Shown here in pieces: positions 31,159 through 42,259 of a DNA stretch of 53,066 nucleotides. The notes beneath the pieces are model-generated. The model was not told the origin of the DNA, made no database searches, and saw only the letters and a list, made by a program, of their open reading frames with translations. Position 1 is the stretch's first letter. Each line of letters begins with the position of its first letter. The stretch is from an uncultured archaeon (GTDB taxonomy: Archaea > Asgardarchaeota > Lokiarchaeia > Sigyniarchaeales > SOKP01): NCBI GenBank assembly GCA_964486045.1, contig CAZALK010000024.1:1-53066 (forward strand), given 5' to 3'. Position numbers and translations under genes: made by a program.

Positions 31159-31429
31159 AACTATTAATTGTTATTATGATATTTGAATGATAACTTAAGA
31201 GTTAATTGATTATAATTTAATAATAGTGAAACTAGTATTTATCTCTATTTTAACTGAATATTTTTCTACAAATAAAGGATTTAATATTTACAAATAGTAG
31301 CATAAAATTCCAAATTTTACAAAATATTTTAAGGTAATAAAATTGAGAGAAAAGGGAGCAATTACAGATATAGAGCAATTAAAAGTTTACATCATTTTTT
31401 GATAATAATAATTTTGTAATATCCCCGAG

Positions 31430-31924
31430 CTAAATCTCAAGGATATATTCAATTTCACGAAACTCCAAATCTTGTGTATAGAATCTACGAGTTTCAAAAA
31501 ATCCGCATGAAGCATACATTTTCTGCGCGGGATTAAAGAAGGGGTGCTCTCCAGTTGTAACTTTTACTTTTTTCACTCCTAGTTCCTTAAGTGTTCTAAT
31601 TATTTCTAAAACTTGAGCCTTTCCAAAACCTTTTCCCCTAAATTCTGGTAAAATACAGTTATGACCAATAATTCAAAATTTAGGTCTTTGACGGTGATCA
31701 TAGGACCCAAAACCAAGCACTTTTTCATTATATGTTGTTATGAAACCAGAAGCACCAATAGTTTCCGGAAATTTATATACATCTTCATCATATTGTTTCC
31801 AATCTTCTTGCCATTTGATAAACAATTCTGGTAACTGTCTCGTTAAATCCTTATAGCTTCTATGTAAGAGTGAATAAATAAAACCTTTTTTTGAAATTGT
31901 AAGTTTTTTAAACTCGAGAACAAT
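31430..31924 (-). pseudogene. GNAT acetyltransferase with an in-frame TGA and no canonical start
   Basis: Continuous frame ...GFGSYDHRQRPKF*IIGHNCILPEFRGKGFGK...PAQKMYASCGF; TGA at 31673-31675; not in the ORF track. Confidence 0.8.
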
Positions 31925-31937
31925 ATTACCCTTAATG

Positions 31938-32513
31938 TCAATTACCTGTTAATTGTAGAAAGGGATGTCCAATATTTTGTATAGCTTCCTTTCCAGCTTT
32001 ATGAGCTTTTTTTATTAAATTATTGTCATTCTTAACATCCCCACGTCGATTATGCCCAGGAGCAAGTACAGTTTCAACTAAATTAATCCCTAAATAATTA
32101 AAAACATCCTCGAGTAGCCCTACAGTATGTCGTGCATACCTTTCATTTCCCCCTCCCAGTGGAATAGTTAAAATTACATTCTTACCCTTGAATTCTCGGT
32201 GTTTTGGGTGATACCATCTATCTAAAAAGGCTTTAAATTGTGCCGTTGGCCCCCACCAATAGATAGGAGTTCCCAAAATCCAAAGGTCACTTTTTATCAT
32301 CTTATCTAATAGGGCAGACATATCATCTTTTTGTGCACATTTCCCAGTTTTATAACAGCTATTACATGCCTGACATGGTTTAATATTTAGTTTATTTAAT
32401 AGAACTTTTTCTACGGATGCACCAACTTCTTTTGCCCCGTCTAATATTTCATCCACTAAGATTTCGGTGTTTCCACCAATACGTGGACTGCCGATGATTC
32501 CCAAGACTTGCAT
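31938..32513 (-). CDS. Flavodoxin-fold iron-sulfur flavoprotein / NADPH-dependent FMN reductase
   Basis: GSPRIGGNT, CQACNSC...C, GTPIYW, KAFLDR. Confidence 0.9.
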   Translation of the reverse strand: MQVLGIIGSPRIGGNTEILVDEILDGAKEVGASVEKVLLNKLNIKPCQACNSCYKTGKCAQKDDMSALLDKMIKSDLWILGTPIYWWGPTAQFKAFLDRWYHPKHREFKGKNVILTIPLGGGNERYARHTVGLLEDVFNYLGINLVETVLAPGHNRRGDVKNDNNLIKKAHKAGKEAIQNIGHPFLQLTGN

Positions 32514-32675
32514 ATTTGGACTTATGATGGTTATTTTAAAACTTTTATTGTAAAACCTAAGTTCATGTTAAAAGGGAATTGTCAAAACTAGAACCCATAA
32601 GATATTATACAAGAGGATTGCTAATTTCTTAGAAGTCTTAGCTTTTCCTCTATTTTTAAAAAAGAAATATAAATT

Positions 32676-33623
32676 TTATCCAGAAATATCACGCTTTTTT
32701 AGGGAGATGACTCCGATGGTTATAAGGGCTCCGGCAATTCCAATCAAAATCACAAATGAAACTACAGGATGATAATAGTTAGTTTTTACATAATTCATTT
32801 CATAACCTTCAAATTCCATTCTAGTAATACCAAACATCCAAAATATCATTCCAAAATAATTTAAGATTTCAGGATCAAAGGATTCTCCTATCCATAAAAA
32901 CATATTACTAAAATGATATCCTATGTCAAAATTATATAGTAAAAAATCTTCATACCAGTTATCACCACCGAATAGCAAGAGGGGTTTAAACATCATCATA
33001 ACCAGAAATGAAAAAATAACTAAAGCCAACGGGAGAAGTAAAACATTTCTTGGTCTTTTAAATATTGATGAAAGACCCATCGTGATTCCTCCAAAAAACA
33101 GCATAATAATTAACCCATAGAGAAAAAATAATCCAAAATAAGCCCCAATATCAACAAATGAATATTTTATTATTGCAATTAAGCAAATAATAGATAAACT
33201 TAGGAAGATTATTAGGATTCCGAAAATAAATAAAGCGATTAACTTACTAAGAATTATTTTTGTTCGACTAATAGGTTTGCTTACTAAAAATAACATTGTT
33301 CCTGATTTTAATTCCTCAGAAATTAAGGGTCCTGTAGCCCCTATTATAATAATTGGAAACATTATAGCAAAATTATAATACCAAGTAGCAAATCCTAATA
33401 ATTGTACTGCACGGGCATCTCCAGAAAGTGGGGGTGCAAAAGCCAATATTAGGGCTGGAACTAACACCATGAAAAAAACCGAGAGAATTATTCTTTTTAA
33501 TGTACACAGATCAAAAATTACAGTTTTTTTAATCAATGTGAGAGAGGGTATAGAGTTTGCTTTAGTATCAGGTTTTATTTCTCTAAGAGTTTTTTTAATT
33601 GGATTGGATTTTTGAGCATTCAT
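32676..33623 (-). CDS. ABC-2 type permease
   Basis: ISEELKSGTM..LVSKPISR..I..SK motif; multi-TM; overlaps the ATPase stop. Confidence 0.88.
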   Translation of the reverse strand: MNAQKSNPIKKTLREIKPDTKANSIPSLTLIKKTVIFDLCTLKRIILSVFFMVLVPALILAFAPPLSGDARAVQLLGFATWYYNFAIMFPIIIIGATGPLISEELKSGTMLFLVSKPISRTKIILSKLIALFIFGILIIFLSLSIICLIAIIKYSFVDIGAYFGLFFLYGLIIMLFFGGITMGLSSIFKRPRNVLLLPLALVIFSFLVMMMFKPLLLFGGDNWYEDFLLYNFDIGYHFSNMFLWIGESFDPEILNYFGMIFWMFGITRMEFEGYEMNYVKTNYYHPVVSFVILIGIAGALITIGVISLKKRDISG

Positions 33624-34591
33624 TCATTTTTCACCTCATCTCCTATTATTTCAATGAAGATATCCTGTAATGATGTTTCAGGTTGATGAAACGCTCTTAA
33701 TATTACGTTATTTTCGATAATTATCTTAGGAATAGCCTTCTGAAGCAATTCAATATCCTTTGATATTATATGAATTTTATTATCTGTTCCATCTATCCAA
33801 GCATTGGTGATATACTCCTTTTCCTTTAACTTTTGTATTAGTTTTTCATTCGAACTTGTATCAAGAACGACAATGTTCTGGCTCCCCTGGATTGAATGTA
33901 CCTTTTTAATATTTTTAATGGTATCTGTTAGAACGATTTTACCCTTGTTGATAATTGTAACTCTTTCACACATTTGTTCTATTTCAGATAGAATATGACT
34001 TGAAACGAACACACTCATTTTTTTTGACAATTCTTTAATATCTTTAACAATGTTAGCTCGTCCTATGGGATCCAAATTCGATGTTGGTTCATCCAGTATT
34101 AATAATTCAGGATCATGTATTAGAGCTGCAGCAATACCAATCCGCTGTTTCATTCCCTCCGAATATTTTTCAATTTTTCTGTCTCGGACCTCCATTAGCC
34201 CCAGAGTGCCAAGTAGTTCAAGAGTTTTTTCTTTTGCATGGTTTCTCCTCAAACCACTTAATCCCCCAACAAATTTCAAATATTGTTCTCCAGTCATTGT
34301 ATCATAAAAGGTGGGATCTTGAGGTAGAAAACCTATTAAACTTCGCGCTCTTACAGAACCTGCATATTCACCTTTAATTCTTGCTTTTCCCTCGGTAATT
34401 GAAATTGCTCCTATCAACATATTAATTGTTGTAGTTTTTCCCGCACCGTTTGGACCTAAAAAGCCGTGTATTCCGGGTTCCACTGTAATATCAATTTTAT
34501 CCACTGCCTTTACGCTATTATCTCCTCTATCGTAAATTTTTGTTAATTCTTTAGTCCAAATTTCTGGATGAAGGGATTTTTCTTGAACCAT
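33620..34591 (-). CDS. ABC transporter ATP-binding protein
   Basis: Walker A GPNGAGKT, signature YSEGMKQ, Walker B LILDEP, SSH. Confidence 0.95.
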   Translation of the reverse strand: MVQEKSLHPEIWTKELTKIYDRGDNSVKAVDKIDITVEPGIHGFLGPNGAGKTTTINMLIGAISITEGKARIKGEYAGSVRARSLIGFLPQDPTFYDTMTGEQYLKFVGGLSGLRRNHAKEKTLELLGTLGLMEVRDRKIEKYSEGMKQRIGIAAALIHDPELLILDEPTSNLDPIGRANIVKDIKELSKKMSVFVSSHILSEIEQMCERVTIINKGKIVLTDTIKNIKKVHSIQGSQNIVVLDTSSNEKLIQKLKEKEYITNAWIDGTDNKIHIISKDIELLQKAIPKIIIENNVILRAFHQPETSLQDIFIEIIGDEVKNE

Positions 34592-34817
34592 ATTTTAGTA
34601 CCAATTTTCTTTTAATCAATCTCTAATTTTAAATATATTTTGGATTCAATTTTTCGTGGGAAATTGGATATATTGTACTTTTTTTTAATATGAAGTCCAA
34701 TATAAATTTTATACTATAAAAAGTACCAAATCCAATTATTAAAGTAGCTAGTTACTACAAATAGCGAAAAATCCATAAAAATGTTATTTATTTGAATTAG
34801 TTATACTTAACTTTAAA

Positions 34818-35516
34818 CTAAAAACCATTCAAAAGAAAATTCCCTTTTTTTCCAATAACCTTTAATATTCCCATTTTTCTAAGGCAATAGCTCATCTTTT
34901 GGGCTAATTTTAAAGGTTTTTCAATTGAATACGCCAGTTCAGCATTTGTAAACGGAGTTTTCAAGGTCGTAGGTTTTAACATTAGAAAATCAATTGGAGT
35001 ATGAAAAACTTTTTTTTCAATAACCTTTACTAATTTCCTATCATAAATACTCCAACCCTTTCTTCTCCAACTCCCTTTCCCATCATTCCTACGAAATTCT
35101 TCTATTTGAACTAAAGGTAGTTCGATTGTGAAATTGGGATTTGAAATTAAATTCGGAATTCTAATCAATTCATCAAAAATATCTAAATAACTACAATGTA
35201 TTGGAGATAATCTCTTGCGAATAGTTTTATTTGATTGGATATCAATGTTAATAATCCATTTATCTTTTACAATTGGATGTATTAATAGAACTTTATGATT
35301 TTCAATTAGTCTTTCAAGTTTTCTCTTAATAGTAGAAAAGTTATTGGTTTGAATCTCAATTAAAAGATTATTTCGAACAATATCTATAATGAAGTTTTCA
35401 ACAGGTACTTCAAGTTGATCCTCTGATTCTTTATACCATAATTTTAAATCAGCATGGAGAGAACTCTCACGTAATGTCCCAATACCTGGTGAAATATTAA
35501 AAAATGCTTCATTCAT
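34818..35516 (-). CDS. Conserved hypothetical protein with a PD-(D/E)xK-like motif and C-terminal HTH
   Basis: ESSLHADLK...E.P...IIDIV...IEIQT; WRRKG. Confidence 0.7.
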   Translation of the reverse strand: MNEAFFNISPGIGTLRESSLHADLKLWYKESEDQLEVPVENFIIDIVRNNLLIEIQTNNFSTIKRKLERLIENHKVLLIHPIVKDKWIINIDIQSNKTIRKRLSPIHCSYLDIFDELIRIPNLISNPNFTIELPLVQIEEFRRNDGKGSWRRKGWSIYDRKLVKVIEKKVFHTPIDFLMLKPTTLKTPFTNAELAYSIEKPLKLAQKMSYCLRKMGILKVIGKKGNFLLNGF

Positions 35517-35676
35517 ATGTTGTAGTTATTTTACTTTTAAATTAAATGAATATAATATGGTAATATCCATAACAAAAATTGACTCGATTCTATAATTATT
35601 TATCGGAATGTTTCACTTTTTTCCACTCCGAACATCAGCCTAACAAAATCCTTCTTCCCTTCGGATTTTTTGTTCT

Positions 35677-35742
35677 TTAATCCACTCTTCTGAGCTGAAG
35701 AACTACCGGTGGTCCGGATTTTGTCCATACAATCGCTTTCAT
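35677..35742 (-). pseudogene. N-terminal fragment of an MDR-family dehydrogenase paralog
   Basis: MKAIVWTKSGPPVVLQLRRVD* versus [21 protein letters not shown] in the adjacent gene. Confidence 0.75.
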
Positions 35743-35777
35743 GAGTATTCCTTCACTTGTTCCCAGATTGGTTGCAT

Positions 35778-36737
35778 CTAAATATGGGCTATAGTTATTA
35801 CTACATTCCCCTTTTTGTGCCCTTTGTCAACATATCTATGAGCTTCGACAATTTCTTCCAAGGGGTAGGTTTTATCTATCGCCGATTTAATCTTTCCCGC
35901 TTCAACAAGCTCTTTGAGGAAGATGAGATCTTCATTTTTTAAGCCCTTTCCATTACCCGAATCTTTACCAACATTGAGATAGATTCCTTTCTTCTTTAGA
36001 GCCTTTTTACCTCGTGAAGACGGAATCTTGTCAACTGCATCAAAAACAACGTCATAAAGCTCACCACTTTGAGTAAAATCCTCTTTAGTGTAATCAATTA
36101 CCTTGCTGGCTCCCAGAGATTTCACCATTTCTAAATTAGTTGTACTGCATACTCCGGTAACTTCTGCCCCAAAGTGCTTGGCAAGCTGTACCGAAAAGGT
36201 ACCTACACTCCCAGAAGCACCATAGATCAAAACTTTTTGTCCACTCTGGATGTTTGCCTTTCTAATTACAACTAATGCTGTTATTCCCCCACCAGCAACA
36301 GGGGCGGCTTCCTCAAAGGTCATATTAGTTGGTTTTAGGGCCACCATCCCATCTTTTGGGAATCTTCCTTTGCCAGTCTCTTCAGGTAGACATATATACT
36401 CAGCATAAGCACCATAACGAAAACCGGGAGAAGCGAAAATCTGGTCACCTTTCCTGAATAGTTTTACATCTTTACCTACTGCTTCAACTTCTCCGGCTAA
36501 CTCAAGACCTAGTATGGTTACTTTTTTAGGTCCTCTGAGACCAAACGTCAATCGCGCGAAGAACCGTATCAAGGGATTGAATCTTTTAAAGCCATTTCGA
36601 AATGTCACATCCCCTTTTGTTACTGTTGTCGCATGAATCTTCACGAGTATTTCTTTGTCTTTGGGAGTAGGTTTTTCTACTTCCTTGAGCTGAAGTACAT
36701 CCGGTGGACCATATTTAGTGTATACAATTGCTTTCAT
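35778..36737 (-). CDS. NAD(P)-dependent MDR-family oxidoreductase (zinc-independent, QOR-like)
   Basis: [20 protein letters not shown]. Confidence 0.92.
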   Translation of the reverse strand: MKAIVYTKYGPPDVLQLKEVEKPTPKDKEILVKIHATTVTKGDVTFRNGFKRFNPLIRFFARLTFGLRGPKKVTILGLELAGEVEAVGKDVKLFRKGDQIFASPGFRYGAYAEYICLPEETGKGRFPKDGMVALKPTNMTFEEAAPVAGGGITALVVIRKANIQSGQKVLIYGASGSVGTFSVQLAKHFGAEVTGVCSTTNLEMVKSLGASKVIDYTKEDFTQSGELYDVVFDAVDKIPSSRGKKALKKKGIYLNVGKDSGNGKGLKNEDLIFLKELVEAGKIKSAIDKTYPLEEIVEAHRYVDKGHKKGNVVITIAHI

Positions 36738-36862
36738 AGATATTACTCCTTATTTGCTATTTTTTTTATTTGTTTTTTTATTTTTTTATTTTTTCTAAAA
36801 ATATTTTGTTAAAAATAATACTAAATAAAGTAATATTAATCTTTTTGATTTTTGGGTATTTT

Positions 36863-38287
36863 CTATTTTATCTCAATTGGTTCGTATTTCATTGGCGTTT
36901 CTTTACCACGTTCAGCGTAAAAGAAATCAGATTTTATTGGTTTTAGATGACTTTGTAAGAATTTTATAACATTTAATCCCTTTGAAAATTCATCACAAAT
37001 AAAGATATCAATACTAATATATCCATGTTCAGGCCAGGTATGAATCGCAGCATGGCTTGTTTTCAATATCGCAATAGCACTGAATCCGTGAGGTTGGTAA
37101 TTATGATGATAAATATCAAGAATCACTAAATCTGCAGATAAAAGAGCATCAAGGAATACTTCTTGTATTTTTTCATTGTCTAAAAGAATTTCTTGGTCTT
37201 TAAAACGCATTTCTCCCACAAAGTGGTACCCAATAGGAACAAATGGATGTTTCACTTTAGATTTTACTTCGGATGTATATATAGGCCCTGTAGTTAGGCT
37301 AAGATTATACTTGCTGCTAGGATTATTAATTGATTGAAGGTAATAGAGATGGCTAAATTGCCCAATTATGCTTGCACCCTTGTAATGATTGAAATCAGGT
37401 ATCATTTCATTTATAATAAAGCCATGATCTAATATTGAAAACTGCAATTTTTGCATTTCTTCTGGTGGTTTATTACCAAAACTGAGAAGACATTTCTTAC
37501 CAATGATTGAGTAATTCTTATCGTTAATTATAATATTTGATTTTAAGACTTGACTAGCCCTTTTTAAAAATAACCTTAACCCTTCGATAGTATAAGGAGG
37601 ATCCATAACTACTACATCATATTTATTTAGGATATTATTGGAACATGGTTCTCTTAAATCATGAGATATAACTTTGAAGTTCTTTATTGAGAGTTCTTCA
37701 ACAGATTTAGAAAGATAATCTAAAACTCTATTATCTATATCAAGTACTGTTATTTTTTTAGCTAATTGAGTTAATCCTACTGCCAATGAAATTAAATCAT
37801 CATCACCTAAGAAAATAATCTGTCTTCCCTCAATATCTCCTTTTTTTAGTAGATACAATGTCTTCTTTATTACTGTTGAAACGTTAGCATGAGATTGATC
37901 AAGTGCAAATTCAGGGGTTGGTCGATTCTCTAAAAAATCCTTTAATTTATCTAAATAAGTGAATTCCTCTGACAAGTCTTTTATAGTACTGTCGAAATTT
38001 CCGGGAACAGGGTCATAATCATAATGCAAATTTAAATTCGATTTTACCCATTTTCTTCCTTTTTCACCTAGGAAATTCCTTTTTTCAATGACATCAGCTT
38101 TAACCAATTCACCTCTAACTGCAGCAAGTGTGGGAATTGCAATTCCTGTTTTTTGCGATAGTATTTTATTTTTTAGGGAAGGGAAGCGATACATTATTAG
38201 AAGAATCGAGCGGACACCTTCGATGCTCTCAGCTAATTGTGCTCGTTCAGCCACTAATGTAAGAATTTTCTCTGCTTCTTCGCGCAT
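36863..38287 (-). CDS. Branched-chain polyamine synthase (BpsA-like) fused to a pyruvoyl S-adenosylmethionine decarboxylase (SpeD-like) domain
   Basis: BpsA motifs RPTP...LDQ, FLGDDDLIS, DIDNR, DPPYT; C-terminal PHGFSAIAILKTSHAAIHTWPEHGYISIDIFIC. Confidence 0.82.
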   Translation of the reverse strand: MREEAEKILTLVAERAQLAESIEGVRSILLIMYRFPSLKNKILSQKTGIAIPTLAAVRGELVKADVIEKRNFLGEKGRKWVKSNLNLHYDYDPVPGNFDSTIKDLSEEFTYLDKLKDFLENRPTPEFALDQSHANVSTVIKKTLYLLKKGDIEGRQIIFLGDDDLISLAVGLTQLAKKITVLDIDNRVLDYLSKSVEELSIKNFKVISHDLREPCSNNILNKYDVVVMDPPYTIEGLRLFLKRASQVLKSNIIINDKNYSIIGKKCLLSFGNKPPEEMQKLQFSILDHGFIINEMIPDFNHYKGASIIGQFSHLYYLQSINNPSSKYNLSLTTGPIYTSEVKSKVKHPFVPIGYHFVGEMRFKDQEILLDNEKIQEVFLDALLSADLVILDIYHHNYQPHGFSAIAILKTSHAAIHTWPEHGYISIDIFICDEFSKGLNVIKFLQSHLKPIKSDFFYAERGKETPMKYEPIEIK

Positions 38288-38503
38288 TATCTTGTGTGCT
38301 GATAGTTATAATTCCTTTTCTTTTTTCTTTTTTTGAAGTATGTAATAAATCAATGAGGCTAACATTACCCAGAAAAATTTGATAATTTATACTGTATCAT
38401 TAAATATCTTCTTTGCTATAAATTTTAAGATCAAAAGATCCTAAAGATGAAGAATTTTTATTTACTAAATTATTAAGATTAAAGGTATAAAGAGATTGTA
38501 AAG

Positions 38504-40993
38504 ATGGATAAAATTAAAGTTGTAGGTGCGCGAATTCACAATTTAAAAAATATTAATGTGAATATCCCAAAGAAAAAAATAATACTAATCACTGGAGTCT
38601 CTGGTTCAGGTAAATCCAGCCTAGCCTTCGATATTATTTTTGATGAAGGAATGAATCGGTATTTGCAATCAATTGGATTTCCCCCTAAATTTGAGGATGA
38701 AAAACCATTTGATATGATTGAAGGTCTAAGTCCAACAATTGCAGTAGAGCAGAGAACTACTCGAGTATTTAATCCTCGATCTACTGTTGGCACTAAAACT
38801 GGCATTTATGGTATTCTACGGATGCTATATGCAACTGAAGGTGTTTTGATCTGTCCTATATGCAAAAAACCCGTGAATAATGACCTTGAATGTGAGGTTT
38901 GTGGAATGGTAATAAATAGACTCCAAATTAAACATTTCTCCTTTAACGAACCTTCTGGCATGTGTTTGGAGTGCAAGGGACGAAGTTATACGATGCATCT
39001 AACTGAGGAAATGATTGTTCAAGATTACAACAGGAATCTTATTCAAATTACTAAAGCAGGCTCAGCAGTTTTTGCGGATCAAATTAGGTTCGTTGAACAG
39101 TTACCAACATTTTATGATTTTGATATTAATTCACCTTATAAAGATCTACCTGAAAAGATCAAAAAGTTATTTCTGTATGGGAGTGGTAAAAAGTTAAAAT
39201 TCCAGTGGGAATCAAAATCATTCTCGGGAGAATTAAAAAGAATATTTGAAGGGATTATACCTCACATTAATCGAGCACTAGTTGAAAGTAAGAGTACTTA
39301 TAGAAAAGATAAGATCTTCAAAAATTACATGACTAAACATAAATGTGATGAATGTAAAGGTTACAGAATAAATGAACAGGCAAGGGGTGTCAAGATTGGT
39401 GGAAATCACATCGGGGAGTTAGCCATGATGACAATGGATGACTTAATTAAATTTTTTGAAAGTTTGACAGATAATACTATTAAAAGTCCTCAAGGAAAAT
39501 CTATGACAAAAAGTTTGAAAGAAGGCTTAAAGCATATGGTTGACGTAGGATTGTCTTATTTGCATATGAATCGACCACTACCAACGCTTAGTGGAGGAGA
39601 ACTTCAAAGACTTTCACTTATGACCCATTTAGATGCAGGCCTTGACTCGCTTATTTACATATTAGATGAACCAAGTATGAGCTTACATGAAAAAGAAAAA
39701 GATTCCTTAATTAATTTATTACAAAAGCTTAAAGATTTAGGGAATACAGTTATCGTTGTTGAGCATGATAAACGATTTATTAATGTAGCAGATGAAATAA
39801 TAGATATAGGACCCGGTGCTGGGATTAATGGAGGGGAAATAATTTATCAAGGTTTACTTGATGGAATAAAAGATGTTAATAAATCCCATACAGGTCAGTT
39901 TTTAGCTGGAACTGTTATGCTTCCAAAAAAATCCAAGGAAGAGCAAAGGAATATCAATGATTCAACTAAGTTTATTACACTTAAAAAAGCTAAAACTAAC
40001 AATTTAAAAAATATAACAGTAAAAATTCCTTTAGGGATGATCGTTGGAATTGCAGGTGTTTCAGGAAGTGGAAAATCTTCATTAGTTCTTGATACTCTCG
40101 TTCCATTATTAACACCATATTTCAAGAGAGGAGCTGATTTACCTAAAAAGAAGATGGTTATAAATGAAGAAAATGGTGAAGAATTACTTGAGTATTCAGG
40201 AATTATCGAAGGATGGGAAAATATAAATAAATTAGTTGTAGTAAGTCAAAAACCAATTTCAAGAGTAAGAACTTCCACACCTTGTTCATTTATAGGAATA
40301 TGGGATAAGATAAGAAATGTTTTTGCGAAAACACCTGAAGCTAAAAAGAGAAAGTTTTCAGCAGGGCATTTTTCATACAATTCGGATAAGGGAAGATGTC
40401 CGTCATGTAAAGGACAAGGAGTACAAGATCTTCGGATTTCTTTTCTGAGTAGTTTTACAATTCCGTGCAATGAATGCAAAGGTTCTAGATACTTACCTGA
40501 GATCTTGGAAATTAGGTTCAAAGGAAAATTAATAACAGATGTGCTTAATATGACGGTTTCTGAAGCATTAAGTACATTCAAGTCTCAGGGTAGCATAGTA
40601 AATGTCTTAGAAATATTGGATGAAATTGGAATGGGATACATCACTTTAGGACAACCTGCCCCTACTCTTAGTGGCGGAGAAGCTCAAAGAATAAAGTTAG
40701 CAAAAGAATTAGGGAAAATACGTAAAGGAAATTCTTTATATATATTAGATGAACCTACTGTTAGTCTATCATTCTATGATGCTGTAAAACTAATAGAATT
40801 ACTTGAACAACTCGTGCAAGAGGGGAATAGTGTTATTATTATAGAACATGACCCAGACATTCTCTCCTATTGCGATTATATAGTTGAGCTAGGACCTGAA
40901 GGAGGACCTAAAGGGGGGTATAAAATTGCAGAAGGTACTCCAAAAGAAATTAAAATGAATAAAAAATCCAAAACAGGTCCATATCTAAATTAA
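38504..40993 (+). CDS. uvrA: Excinuclease ABC subunit A (short, class II-like UvrA)
   Basis: GARIHNLKN, two GVSGSGKSSL, two LSGGE signatures, Zn fingers; 829 aa. Confidence 0.9.
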   Translation: MDKIKVVGARIHNLKNINVNIPKKKIILITGVSGSGKSSLAFDIIFDEGMNRYLQSIGFPPKFEDEKPFDMIEGLSPTIAVEQRTTRVFNPRSTVGTKTGIYGILRMLYATEGVLICPICKKPVNNDLECEVCGMVINRLQIKHFSFNEPSGMCLECKGRSYTMHLTEEMIVQDYNRNLIQITKAGSAVFADQIRFVEQLPTFYDFDINSPYKDLPEKIKKLFLYGSGKKLKFQWESKSFSGELKRIFEGIIPHINRALVESKSTYRKDKIFKNYMTKHKCDECKGYRINEQARGVKIGGNHIGELAMMTMDDLIKFFESLTDNTIKSPQGKSMTKSLKEGLKHMVDVGLSYLHMNRPLPTLSGGELQRLSLMTHLDAGLDSLIYILDEPSMSLHEKEKDSLINLLQKLKDLGNTVIVVEHDKRFINVADEIIDIGPGAGINGGEIIYQGLLDGIKDVNKSHTGQFLAGTVMLPKKSKEEQRNINDSTKFITLKKAKTNNLKNITVKIPLGMIVGIAGVSGSGKSSLVLDTLVPLLTPYFKRGADLPKKKMVINEENGEELLEYSGIIEGWENINKLVVVSQKPISRVRTSTPCSFIGIWDKIRNVFAKTPEAKKRKFSAGHFSYNSDKGRCPSCKGQGVQDLRISFLSSFTIPCNECKGSRYLPEILEIRFKGKLITDVLNMTVSEALSTFKSQGSIVNVLEILDEIGMGYITLGQPAPTLSGGEAQRIKLAKELGKIRKGNSLYILDEPTVSLSFYDAVKLIELLEQLVQEGNSVIIIEHDPDILSYCDYIVELGPEGGPKGGYKIAEGTPKEIKMNKKSKTGPYLN

Positions 40994-41013
40994 TCTTTTT
41001 ATGAGGGAGAAAT

Positions 41014-42072
41014 TTAATCTCCTACAGTTTTTAAGTACATTTTCCCTTTATTACAAATTTCTACATAAGAAGGTTGACTGTGTTGCCACGAACCATCGTT
41101 TATTACTTCTACTTGTTGATTATTGATTGTTACATGTGATACTTCCTTATAATGAGAATGACCATATACAACATGGTTTATTTTTGAAAAATCAAATTCA
41201 TCATCCTCTAAGAATTCTTTTATTCCATTTAAGAAATAAGCAGGCTTACTTGCTCGTGCCCATTTTTTCATGACACGCATATTGGCTTTAAGAAAGTTAA
41301 ATTCTAAAATATTTAATTCTGAAAAAACAGTATTTATTGATTTAATTGGCTTCCTATGCAATTTAGCTAATTCTTCTTTCATGTCATCAAATGTAATAGG
41401 CTTAATTTTTCTTCCATTCCTTATAACTTGATTCCAGAAATAATCATAGGTTTCCTTCACTTCAAACTTGTTAGTTGAGATTAATGATTTCCATAATTGC
41501 CCTACAAAAAACCGATATACTTCACTCTCAAATTGATAACCATGCGCCATAAAGCAATTATAATCGCTGTCTAAATCAAGTCCTTCAATTTTCACTTTTT
41601 TAATAGGAGCTCCTTCAAATTCCTCTCGCGAATTATACAATAGGAGCATATCCTCGTTATCAATTTTTTTTAATAATAAATATTGATAGTATAACTCAGA
41701 ACTAAATAATTCATTGAATTTAGAATGCTTAAATTTTTTTAAAAATTTCTTTTTTCGTCGTTCAAATTTCTCATCATAGTCTCGAGTAACAGGAATTTCA
41801 TGGTTCCCCAACAAAAAAACAAGTTTCATTTTCTGTTTTAGGTCAAGTAAAAGTTTAAAAATTTCTTGAATTTTTTTCCTTTCCAAAAGATTTCTAGGAA
41901 GGTCAGTACATAAATCGATGAAATCTCCTAATATTATAAAGACTTGTAATTCACTTCCTAATTCCTCATTAATAACACGCTTTAAAAATTGAATAAATAA
42001 GTCTCTTTCACTATCTAATGAACCTAAATGTATATCTGAAACTACTAAAATTTTTGGTTTATTTTCACTCAT
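41014..42072 (-). CDS. Calcineurin-like metallophosphoesterase
   Basis: SDIHLG, GDFID, GNHE, HG, GHSH, NDGSW. Confidence 0.9.
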   Translation of the reverse strand: MSENKPKILVVSDIHLGSLDSERDLFIQFLKRVINEELGSELQVFIILGDFIDLCTDLPRNLLERKKIQEIFKLLLDLKQKMKLVFLLGNHEIPVTRDYDEKFERRKKKFLKKFKHSKFNELFSSELYYQYLLLKKIDNEDMLLLYNSREEFEGAPIKKVKIEGLDLDSDYNCFMAHGYQFESEVYRFFVGQLWKSLISTNKFEVKETYDYFWNQVIRNGRKIKPITFDDMKEELAKLHRKPIKSINTVFSELNILEFNFLKANMRVMKKWARASKPAYFLNGIKEFLEDDEFDFSKINHVVYGHSHYKEVSHVTINNQQVEVINDGSWQHSQPSYVEICNKGKMYLKTVGD

Positions 42073-42259
42073 TTTCTACCGGTCCAGTTCCGTATTATTT
42101 AGTTTGGTTTTATTAAATTAATATGTAATAGTATTAATATTTTGAAAAGCAACTTGTAATATAATAAAAATAAGGTTCAAAATTTATAAATCTCAACTTG
42201 TCTTTTCTATATTTAAGCATAAAATTTTTATACAATATACAAAGAAGTCAATTTTATTT

